Below are positions 16,793-26,500 of a stretch of 64,000 bases of DNA, one piece after another. Within the stretch, counting starts at the first letter, position 1. The number at the start of each line of letters is the position of its first letter. Below the pieces are notes generated by a model. It did not search any database, was not told where the DNA came from, and was given only the letters and a program-made list of their open reading frames with translations. A program made the position numbers and the translations under genes. This DNA comes from a virus: the IMG/VR virus record IMGVR_UViG_3300032224_000679, positions 1 to 64,000 of that record; one strand, 5' to 3'.

Positions 16793-18250
16793 ATGGCCCA
16801 AACTATAAGAATATCGCAAGGCGACTATGCTGTAACTACAGCGGCCAATGCCAACGTTGCCCTTAGCACTAACTATCTTACTGTAACTGGTAACGTGGTT
16901 GCTTTGAGAGGCATTCAAGCAACAGCAATTGGTAACATAACTGTTAGTACTGGGGCATTTAGTACATTAAGTGCTACCAGCACATTTTCCTTAACTGCCA
17001 CAACACAAACAATTAGCGCAACCAGTCAGACCACTGGTACTTTAACTTGGGGCGGAACTGCACAAACCGGTACTCAAACTTTTGGTCAATCTGCTAGTAA
17101 TCATACAGTTAACTTTGGCAGCGGAACAACAAGTAGTAACAACACAAAGTTGGTTTATCTTGGAGCAAATGGTGCCGCAGGATCCAACACTACAATAACA
17201 GTAGGACCAACACTGGGATATGGTGTTGTAACTTTTGCAACAAACACCAATGTTCGTATATCTAACACAGCTCCTGCTGTGTCGTCCACTACGGGTGCGT
17301 TAACAGTATTAGGTGGACTGGGAGTAGTGGGTAATATTTACACTGCTGGTAATCTTATTCTAAGTTCAAATAGTTTTATTGGAGTAGGAACATCTACTCC
17401 TGACAGTGACTTTACTTTATTGGCTTATCCACAAACAGTTAGTTATTCATTAAGTGGAAATAGCACTACAGCTGGTACAGATATTCACGTAGCAGGTGCG
17501 GACAGTAGTATTAGTCGTATGGTACAAGATTCGTTTGGTACTGGTACATATGTAGCATTTACTGGAAGGTCTGCAAGAGGAACAGCAGCAAGTCCTACAC
17601 AAACACAGAGTAGTGATGTATTAGTTCAGTATACTGCACGAGGATTTAGTAACGGAAGTTTGCAATTTGGAAATATTTCCACTGGTGTTGTTTCTTTCGA
17701 AGCAGCAGAAAATTTTACTGATACAAGTCGTGCTACAAAAGTTGTTATACAAACAACTCCTTCTGGAAGCATCACCCCAACGGCCGCGGCAACATTTGAA
17801 GCCAATGGCACTACTACATTTAATAGTAATGTTAGAGTCAACGGTAACTTAACTGCTGGTAATGTAACCACTACTGGTACACTATACGGTAATGCAGCAC
17901 CTGGCGCAACTGGTACAACCAGCAATGCTGTTGGCTACTTAGGTATGCCACAAAACAGTCAAAATGCGAACTACACACTAGCACTAATTGATCAAGGCAA
18001 ACATGTTTATATTACAGCAAACAGCAACGTAACAATACCAGCTAACTCCAGTGTGTCTTTCCCAATTGGTTCTACTATCAGCGTCATTAACGCTGCCAAC
18101 ATTCAGTGTAATATTTCGATAACAACAGATACATTGTATCTAGCAGCCAATGGAGCAACAGGTACTAGAAATCTTAGCTCATATGGTATGGCTACGCTAG
18201 TTAAAGTTACTAACACAGTTTGGTATATCAACGGTTCAGGAGTATCATAA
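16793..18250 (+). CDS. Fibre-like virion protein
   Basis: Thr/Gly/Ser-rich; TGALTVLGGLGVVGNIY fibre motif; C-terminal domain YTLALIDQGK...TIPAN..FPIG...WYING typical of phage fibre tips. Confidence 0.7.
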   Translation: MAQTIRISQGDYAVTTAANANVALSTNYLTVTGNVVALRGIQATAIGNITVSTGAFSTLSATSTFSLTATTQTISATSQTTGTLTWGGTAQTGTQTFGQSASNHTVNFGSGTTSSNNTKLVYLGANGAAGSNTTITVGPTLGYGVVTFATNTNVRISNTAPAVSSTTGALTVLGGLGVVGNIYTAGNLILSSNSFIGVGTSTPDSDFTLLAYPQTVSYSLSGNSTTAGTDIHVAGADSSISRMVQDSFGTGTYVAFTGRSARGTAASPTQTQSSDVLVQYTARGFSNGSLQFGNISTGVVSFEAAENFTDTSRATKVVIQTTPSGSITPTAAATFEANGTTTFNSNVRVNGNLTAGNVTTTGTLYGNAAPGATGTTSNAVGYLGMPQNSQNANYTLALIDQGKHVYITANSNVTIPANSSVSFPIGSTISVINAANIQCNISITTDTLYLAANGATGTRNLSSYGMATLVKVTNTVWYINGSGVS

Positions 18251-18251
18251 T

Positions 18252-18962
18252 ATGACAGGTGCAATGATGATGAATATGTCGCAGAGTATAGTACCTGCGG
18301 TGTCGTCCAGTCCAACGTTGGTTTACGACTTAGATGCAGCCAACTATTCGGCTGTGCCCACAAATGGAAGCACAATAGCAGGTACAGGTGCTTACACTAT
18401 AACAGTGGCCAATACTGGCGGTAGGTTAGGATGGAGTGCTAGTAATGGTGGAATTTTTACCTTTACTGGAGCCAGTACCTCAACTACAGACACCATGTAC
18501 GGAGGTCCTAATTACGCTACCGGACAAAGTTATTCGGTGTTCATGGCCTATCAACGAACTAATGTGGCCAATGGTAGATTGTTAAACACACAAAATGAAA
18601 CAGTCAAAGACTGGCTCATGGGCTTGTACAACGGCAATCCTGACACATTCTATCCCAACTATGCAGTGAACTTGCCTGGCTCAGGTGCTGATCTTGTGTG
18701 GCACTTTGGTTGGGCTACATGGAATACCTCAACCAGTCTGGGACAACTGTACACCGCAACCAGTGTTCAACCAACTGGTACAGCATATGCTGTGACCAAC
18801 GCAGGTGGTGGTGGTTTCAATCAATTGAGATTGTTCAGTAGATCTGCTGGCAGTGAAGTGCAAACTGGCAACATTGGATTTGTCAAAGTATACAACGGTG
18901 TAATAGACTTAGCCACTGTGCAATCCCTGTATGCCACCTACAAAACAAGATTTGGTTATTAA
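18252..18962 (+). CDS. LamG/concanavalin A-like lectin domain protein (fibre accessory)
   Basis: LVYDLDAANYS at N-terminus; GNIGFVKVYN...VQSLYATYKTRFG at C-terminus. Confidence 0.7.
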   Translation: MTGAMMMNMSQSIVPAVSSSPTLVYDLDAANYSAVPTNGSTIAGTGAYTITVANTGGRLGWSASNGGIFTFTGASTSTTDTMYGGPNYATGQSYSVFMAYQRTNVANGRLLNTQNETVKDWLMGLYNGNPDTFYPNYAVNLPGSGADLVWHFGWATWNTSTSLGQLYTATSVQPTGTAYAVTNAGGGGFNQLRLFSRSAGSEVQTGNIGFVKVYNGVIDLATVQSLYATYKTRFGY

Positions 18963-18992
18963 TCATGTAAAATCCTAATCTCCAAACTTCGA

Positions 18993-18998
18993 TAAATA
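18993..18998 (+). promoter_or_regulatory. Late promoter motif TAAATA
   Basis: Upstream of the giant fibre gene cluster. Confidence 0.6.
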
Positions 18999-19021
18999 CT
19001 CTAAGTTACGAGATATCACGG

Positions 19022-22000
19022 ATGACACAACAATTAATTGACTTAGGTACAGGTAGTCCTTCACGTTTAAGTGAATCAATCAGATCTGCTTTCACGAAAG
19101 TCAACAGTAATTTTACAGAAATATTTACTGCTTGCGGTCCTGGTGGAAACGCGGTTACATACAGTAACAGTATTTCCTCAACAGCCAGCTTAATAAATTT
19201 AGGTGTTGGTGATGCATTAACCAATGGTGATACACTTCGTGCTGCATTTACAAAAATAGTCAACAACTTCAATACTCTATTTGCAGTTGTTCCTATTTCT
19301 CACTACAATATTGATTTAGGTGACGGCCCAAATACACAGACTGGGGATACAGTAACTTCTGCATTTCAAAAAATAAATGCAGATTTTACAAATCTTTACA
19401 CTACATTAGGACTTACTGTATCCAATGCTGCTGTTAACACAACTGATTTTGGCCCAAGTTATAGAAACAGGCTAACCATTGAAACTGTTAGTTCTGAATA
19501 TATTTTACCAATAGTTACAGAGCCATTCGGCTACTACGGAGCTGGGCAACAATTTATTGACTTAGGCGATGGGCCAGACACACAAACTGGTGATACTGTA
19601 CGAGAAGCGTTTATAAAAATTAATGCTAACTTTAGTGACTTGTATCAAGTATTCGGAGCAAACGGAGAAACAAATTTAATTGGTAATACTATTATTGCCA
19701 ATAACATTAATGTTACTGACACTGTACGTGCCGGAGGATTTTTTGGATATGGTAATGTAGAAACAGACGGCAATATAATAGGTTCGAATTTCTTATATCC
19801 TAACGGTACAAGTGTATTCTCAAATTTAACTGCTGATTATACACACATTTCATCGAGTATGATACCAACAGCAAACAATACGTTTACTATTGGTAATGCA
19901 TCATTACAGTGGGCCAGTGTTAATGCTGGATACTACTTTGGTAATGGTAGATATCTAAGCGGCATTGACGCTACAAGTATACAAAATGGTACCAGCAATG
20001 TAAAAGTTTATTACAATGCAAATGTTGGAATTACCGCCAATGGTACTACTTGGACATTTGACCCTGGCGGTACACTATCATTCCCCACCGGCAGTCTAAT
20101 ACGAAATGGTTATCCAGGACCTGCCGGCGGATCCGGCACCGGCGACACTTGGTTCGTATCATCCACCGACGGTGGCGGAATTGCTAGTCCAGATGGCAAA
20201 CAATATGTACAAGTAGACAATAATGGCCCCATATACATAGGTACTAATTTCACTGCTAATACTGGAAAAACTTGGGTCTTTGACCAAGTTGGCAATCTAA
20301 CATTGCCTGGTAATTTAATCACGTCTTCAAATGTTGTTGCAAATTATTTTCAAGGCAATGGTAGATACTTAACTGGTATTGATGCAACGTTAATTAGCAA
20401 TGGTACTAGTAATGTAAAAGTTTATTCAAACGCCAATGTTACAATCAGTATAGCTAACGTAGCCAACGTAGTATCTATTGGTTCTAACAGCACGACAATA
20501 ACAGGCGATCTTGGTATTACTGGTAATGTAACAGCCAATAATTTGTTTGGTAATCTAACACAATTATACAACACCGGTTATACAGCAACTTTAAGTAGCA
20601 CAGGACAACTAAGTGCATACTATATACAAGCTAGCAGTGGATATTTTACAAGTCCGTACGGTATTGCGTTTACATATGCAGGAGACACCAATCAACAATT
20701 TGGCTGGACTATTGTTAATGCTGATGCATTGGCATTAAAAAGTACAATCAGTAGTACATTAGATACCACGATATTAACGTTTAACAGAACAACAGGAAAT
20801 TTATCACTAACAGGTAATTCATATACCACTGGAAATGTAACAGGTAATTATTTCTTTGGCAATGGTAGATTCTTAACTGGAATCGACGCAACCAGCATAC
20901 AAAATGGAACTAGCAATGTAAAAGTTTATGCCAATGCCAATGTCACATTTAGCATCAACAGTACTGCTAACGTAGTATCCATTGGTTCTACTGGAACTAC
21001 AGTAACGGGTAATCTCGGTGTTAGTGGAAATGTTACTGCCAATTATTTTGTAGGTAATTTTTCTGGTAACGTGTCAGGCAACATTACTGCGGCCGGCGCA
21101 AATACTCAGGTACTATTTAATGATGGCGGCACAGTAAACGCTACCAGCGGATTTACTTTTGATAAAGCCATAAATTTAGTTAGTATCACTGGTAACTTAA
21201 CTTCAAATGCGTTAACTATTAACAATTCTGTCACAGTCGGCTCAACATTAAGGGCCGCGGCAGGCATACAAAATACACCTGTTGGAAACGGTACAGCAAG
21301 TTCTGGTGCATTTACAACATTAAGTGCAAGCTCGTTGTCGATCAGTGGAAATGCAGTACTTGGTAATTTAGATGTACTGGGTAATGTAACTTACATTAAT
21401 AGCACAATTACCACAATAGTGGATCCTATTATTGAACTGAACACTGGCGCAAACGGAGCTCCATTAAGCGGCAGTGCTCCTTATGACTCCGGTATAAAAA
21501 CACATTATTGGGATGGCACCGCAGATAGGCAGTCATTCTTCGGAAGAACAAATGACACAGGTAACTTTGAATATTATTCAAATGTTATTAGTGAAACTGG
21601 TAACATTGTTACTGGCACGTACGGAACAATAAAAACTGGAAACTTAACTTTAACCGGCACAGCCACTATTGCAAGTACACTAACTGTTCAATCAAATATA
21701 ACAGCCAATGCAATAACAGTTAATAACAGTGGAACATTTGGCACTACCTTAAGCGCACTAGGCGGTTTACAAGCCACACCAATTGGTAATGTTGCACCTA
21801 GTACTGCTATCTTTACTAGCGAAAGCGTTAGTGGCAATAGTACCGTTAATGGATTAACGGTTAATAATTCAGCAACGATTGGCGGTACGCTGGGTGTTAC
21901 GGGTAACTTAATTGCAGGCAACTTATCTGCCACTAACTTTGTAGGCAATGCAATAACACTTGGAACTAATACCGCAGGACAATTAGTCAGCAATGCAGTT

Positions 22001-23590
22001 ACTTTAACATCAGGAACTTCTATTACTAACAGTATAGCACAATTAAATTATGTATTAGGTAAACTTGTACCTACTGCACCAAACAACTTCCCAGGCGGAC
22101 AATCGTTAACGATCAGTACATTGAGTACATATCGTATGGCTAACTTTACACAAACTGATAACACCGCTACTGGCGGCAAATCAGTCGCAGGTGGAACCAG
22201 TGTTGCTAACGTCAGACGTGTTAACACTTATACCACATCTACTATAGCCAACGTTGGCCCGGGTGACAGTGGCATAGTCACAGCATACAGAAACGGAGTT
22301 GGTGTAGGTAATGTTACATTAATTGCTGGAAACGTAAGCGGAACATATGGCAATTTAGTAATTACTCGTAGTGGTGACTATGCGAACGTTTCAAACGTTA
22401 CACCTGGCTTTTGGTATAGTTTTAGTTCAAGTTTAAGTGGCAACGTCATAGCAGGGTGGAACGAAGTTTATATAGCGCACAGTACAACAGCCAACACAAA
22501 TATTCCTTATTGGTATTATGATTCATCTGCTCCGGGCACACCAACTTGGAGTAATACCAATATTTCAATGACCACAAATAGTTCTACTTATTCAAGTACT
22601 ATTCCGCACTTGAACAGTGGTTCTGCATTTACACTAACTGGCAATGTGGCAAAACTAAGTGGAGATATGTTCCCAAGCGGTGCTAGCTCTAATGCTTATG
22701 CGTTTGTAACTGGCTCAGCAGGCGGCGCATTGGCTGCACCAACTAGTGTAACTTATGCAGGTGCAAACGTAACTTGGCCATTGGCACAAAATTTATATGT
22801 AAGTTCAGGCAGTGCTTATTTGTCCACAACAGCCGCAGTTATCAGTGGATTTGGATCAAGCAGTACTGGTCCAAGTTTAACAGCAGATAACAGTTACTTT
22901 ACAGGTGCGGCAACATTTAGTCCTGGTGTTACTATTTTATATAAAACTGGTACAAGTACACAGATTGAAGAAACAAGTATAACTGTAACCAGTGTGGGTA
23001 CTGGTAGTGGTAATGCATTACGAGTTATAAATCCAGGTAGTACAGATACTCCCGTGATATCAGCCAACACAGCATTTAACAGTCAAACATCCACACTGCA
23101 AACATATGATACAACAGTAGTTGCTGCCATATTAAAACACGACCAAGTTAATTATTCAACTGGTTACTTGCCAGTTGGTCCTAATTTAAGTTCAGGCAGA
23201 ACAGGAGATCAATATTTCACATTCAGATTTACAAGAACAGTTGTTAGTAAATTTGATATCAGTATAACTGGTAACGTAGCAGGATGTTTTGTAGCACTGC
23301 CGGGTAGTACCATAGATAGTACAAGTACATTAAATGGTTGGATAGACATGAGTGTTGCATATGCTGGATCAGGCGTACCTGGTGCAAATACTGGAGCAGG
23401 CGGCAATGGAAGTAACGGCTGTGCATTGGGTGGTGTGTTTACCACAAACTCATCATCTACACAAAGTAAAACTTGTACATTTGGTACAGTAAGTTCAAGT
23501 AGTACAGTAAGCAACGAAATTTTTGTAAGATTAAGACTGGTATCAGGTCAAACTGTTACCGCACTAAGTATAGTAACAGCGACTCATTAA
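19022..23590 (+). CDS. Giant fibre protein 1 (1522 aa)
   Basis: Four N-terminal IDLG..GDT.R.AF.KIN.NF-type anchor repeats, three GNGRYLxGIDAT.I.NGTSNVKVY repeats, C-terminal ~510-aa domain shared with the next gene. Confidence 0.8.
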   Translation: MTQQLIDLGTGSPSRLSESIRSAFTKVNSNFTEIFTACGPGGNAVTYSNSISSTASLINLGVGDALTNGDTLRAAFTKIVNNFNTLFAVVPISHYNIDLGDGPNTQTGDTVTSAFQKINADFTNLYTTLGLTVSNAAVNTTDFGPSYRNRLTIETVSSEYILPIVTEPFGYYGAGQQFIDLGDGPDTQTGDTVREAFIKINANFSDLYQVFGANGETNLIGNTIIANNINVTDTVRAGGFFGYGNVETDGNIIGSNFLYPNGTSVFSNLTADYTHISSSMIPTANNTFTIGNASLQWASVNAGYYFGNGRYLSGIDATSIQNGTSNVKVYYNANVGITANGTTWTFDPGGTLSFPTGSLIRNGYPGPAGGSGTGDTWFVSSTDGGGIASPDGKQYVQVDNNGPIYIGTNFTANTGKTWVFDQVGNLTLPGNLITSSNVVANYFQGNGRYLTGIDATLISNGTSNVKVYSNANVTISIANVANVVSIGSNSTTITGDLGITGNVTANNLFGNLTQLYNTGYTATLSSTGQLSAYYIQASSGYFTSPYGIAFTYAGDTNQQFGWTIVNADALALKSTISSTLDTTILTFNRTTGNLSLTGNSYTTGNVTGNYFFGNGRFLTGIDATSIQNGTSNVKVYANANVTFSINSTANVVSIGSTGTTVTGNLGVSGNVTANYFVGNFSGNVSGNITAAGANTQVLFNDGGTVNATSGFTFDKAINLVSITGNLTSNALTINNSVTVGSTLRAAAGIQNTPVGNGTASSGAFTTLSASSLSISGNAVLGNLDVLGNVTYINSTITTIVDPIIELNTGANGAPLSGSAPYDSGIKTHYWDGTADRQSFFGRTNDTGNFEYYSNVISETGNIVTGTYGTIKTGNLTLTGTATIASTLTVQSNITANAITVNNSGTFGTTLSALGGLQATPIGNVAPSTAIFTSESVSGNSTVNGLTVNNSATIGGTLGVTGNLIAGNLSATNFVGNAITLGTNTAGQLVSNAVTLTSGTSITNSIAQLNYVLGKLVPTAPNNFPGGQSLTISTLSTYRMANFTQTDNTATGGKSVAGGTSVANVRRVNTYTTSTIANVGPGDSGIVTAYRNGVGVGNVTLIAGNVSGTYGNLVITRSGDYANVSNVTPGFWYSFSSSLSGNVIAGWNEVYIAHSTTANTNIPYWYYDSSAPGTPTWSNTNISMTTNSSTYSSTIPHLNSGSAFTLTGNVAKLSGDMFPSGASSNAYAFVTGSAGGALAAPTSVTYAGANVTWPLAQNLYVSSGSAYLSTTAAVISGFGSSSTGPSLTADNSYFTGAATFSPGVTILYKTGTSTQIEETSITVTSVGTGSGNALRVINPGSTDTPVISANTAFNSQTSTLQTYDTTVVAAILKHDQVNYSTGYLPVGPNLSSGRTGDQYFTFRFTRTVVSKFDISITGNVAGCFVALPGSTIDSTSTLNGWIDMSVAYAGSGVPGANTGAGGNGSNGCALGGVFTTNSSSTQSKTCTFGTVSSSSTVSNEIFVRLRLVSGQTVTALSIVTATH

Positions 23591-23591
23591 T

Positions 23592-26500
23592 ATGGCCATA
23601 TCAGATACACAAAAAGTAGATTACTTATACAAGAAACTAGGTTACGGTGTAGCTAAAACTGACACTTCATCTGTCAAGAGTCCCAGTAACGAAGCCAATG
23701 CGAGCCCGTTACTGATTCGTGGTGATACATTGTGGGTCAACTCTGGCAACGTACCAGCATCCGCACCCAGTTCAAATACTAGCATTGTTGCAGTGTATAC
23801 AGGAACTGCGGCAATTAAAACAGTCAACGATGGCACATCCAGTACTAACAGAACTTGGTTAACTAATTTATCCGACTGGATTGGTAGTGAATTTGGCGCA
23901 ACATATCAACCCCGAGTTTGGGCAGCACCCGCCGCTACAGCCAATGCGGCAGCGTCTGGAACAAGACTATTTCCAGACGGCAGCGGCAACAATGACAGTT
24001 GGTTCTTTGATCCACAAGCTGGTATTTTAAACTTTGCAGATACTAGCGTACCAACAGCAGTCACGGGTAATGTGGTATTCATTGAAGGCTATAGGTACAT
24101 TGGGCCAAAAGGCGTTGCCAATGCCACAGGAAATATTACGTTCAGTAACGTTACTATCACTAATAATTTTGCCAATGCAAATATTTTTATAACACCAACA
24201 GGCACTGGTCAATTAATTGTAAACAGTAATCTAACTGCAAATGCGCTGACAATCAACAACTCAGCTACCATTGGATCAACACTGGGTGTGACTGGTAACG
24301 TAACTGCTCCTTATTTTATTGGTAATATAATTGGTAATGTTTCGGGTAATCTTTCAGCAGCCGGGGCCAATACACAAGTCATGTTTAATGACGTTGGTAC
24401 GATTGCAGGCAATACCGGATTAACTTTTAACAAACAAACTCAAGTTTTAAGTTTAACAGGAAATTTAGTTGCGTCAGGAATTACTGCCAATAATTCAATC
24501 ACAGCAGGAACAACACTAAGTGCTGCTGGTGGTATACAGAATACTCCTATAGGTAACGTAACTGCTAGTTCAGGTCAATTTACCACGTTAAGTGCGACAG
24601 GTAACGTAACTGGCGCTGCTTTAACAAGTAATGGAAGTATAACTGCGATTACCACGCTAAGTGCTCTTGGAGGCATACAAGCAACGCCCATTGGCAATGT
24701 TACTGCGTCAACAGGTCAATTTACTACTGTGTCCGCAACTGGTAACGTAACTGGTGCTGCATTGACCAGCAATGGATCAATTACAGCAATTACTTCGCTA
24801 AGTGCATTAGGTGGATTACAAGCAACACCTATAGGTAACGTTACTCCAAGTACAGCAATATTCACAAGTCAAAGCACCAGCGGCAATGCTACTGTAAATG
24901 CTCTAACAGTTAACAACTCGGCTACAGTAGGCGGCACATTAGGTGTAGTTGGTACATTAACCGGAACAGCAATAACCACAACAGGCAATGTCACAGCCGC
25001 TGGACTAACTAGTAATGCAAGTATAACAGCAGGAACGACTATCAGTGCTCCTGCAGGTCTACAAGCAACTCCAATTGGTAATGTTACCCCAAGTACAGCA
25101 ACATTTACCAGTGCTATTGTCAGTGGAGCATTAAGTGTGGGCGGTAATGCTACAGTTAATGCACTGGCAACAAATGGTAGTGCAGTAATTAACACAACGT
25201 TACAGGCTATCGCAGGTATTCAGAACACACCAATTGGCAATTTAACACCTAGTACAGGTAACTTTACTACACTAAATGCTAGTTCAGGATTAACTGGCAG
25301 TGCATTGACAGTAAACGGTGTTGCTACTGTTGGGTCAACTTTAACAGTATCTGGCGCCACAACAGTTAACAGTTTAACAAGTAATGGCGCAGTCAGCGGC
25401 ACAACTGCTCAATTTACAACAATTAATGGGTCAGGCAATGCAACCCTATCAGGACTAAATGTAAACAACAGTGCAACTATTGGCACAACATTAAGTGCCA
25501 ATGCAGGTATTCAAAATACAGCAATTGGTAATGTAACACCTAGTACTGGTAATTTTACTACATTAGGTACTACTGGTAATTTAACGGTGTCGCAGTTAAC
25601 AGTTAATACCACTGCTACTGTTGGTACAACATTGGGTGTTGGCAGTAACATTACCGTTGGTGTGGGTACTGGTGGTAATATAACTGGTGCTAATTTAATA
25701 TCAGCTAATTCATTTACTGCCGCAGTATCATTTAATGGACCTGTAAATGGGACATTGGGCTCAGCAGGCGGCAATACTGCTATTGTTACTACACTGAGTG
25801 CGACAGGTAATGTAACTGCGGCAGCAGTAACTAGTAACAGTAGCATTACCGCTGCCACTACAATAAGTGCTAATGCAGGTATTCAAAATACAGCAATTGG
25901 TAATGTTACACCTAATACTGGTAATTTTACTACACTAACAGCAAGTTCTGTATCAATTAGTGGAAATGCTATAGTTGGTAATTTAGATGTATTGGGTAAT
26001 GTAACTTATATTAATAGTACTATTACCACAATACTTGATCCAATCATTGAACTAAACACCAGTGCAAACGGTGCGCCATTAAGTGGCAGTGCTCCTTATG
26101 ATTCAGGTATAAAAACACATTATTGGGATGGATCAGCTGACAGACAGTCATTCTTTGGTAGAGCAAATGATTCTGGATTCTTAGAATATTATTCAAATGT
26201 AATCAGTGAGTCAGGTAATATCGTCACTGGTACATACGGAACTATTAAAACTGGTAATTTACTATTAACTGGTAATGCTACTATTGCAAGTACATTGAAT
26301 GTGCAAGCAAACACCACAGTAAATGCTTTGACTGTTAATAACAGCGGAACATTTAATACTACGTTGAGTGCGCTCGGAGGCCTACAAGCAACACCAATTG
26401 GTAATGTTGCCCCAAGCACTGCATTGTTTACTTCAGTGGGTTCTAGCGGTAATGTCACAACCAGTGCATTAACAGTTAACAATTCAGCTACTATAGGATC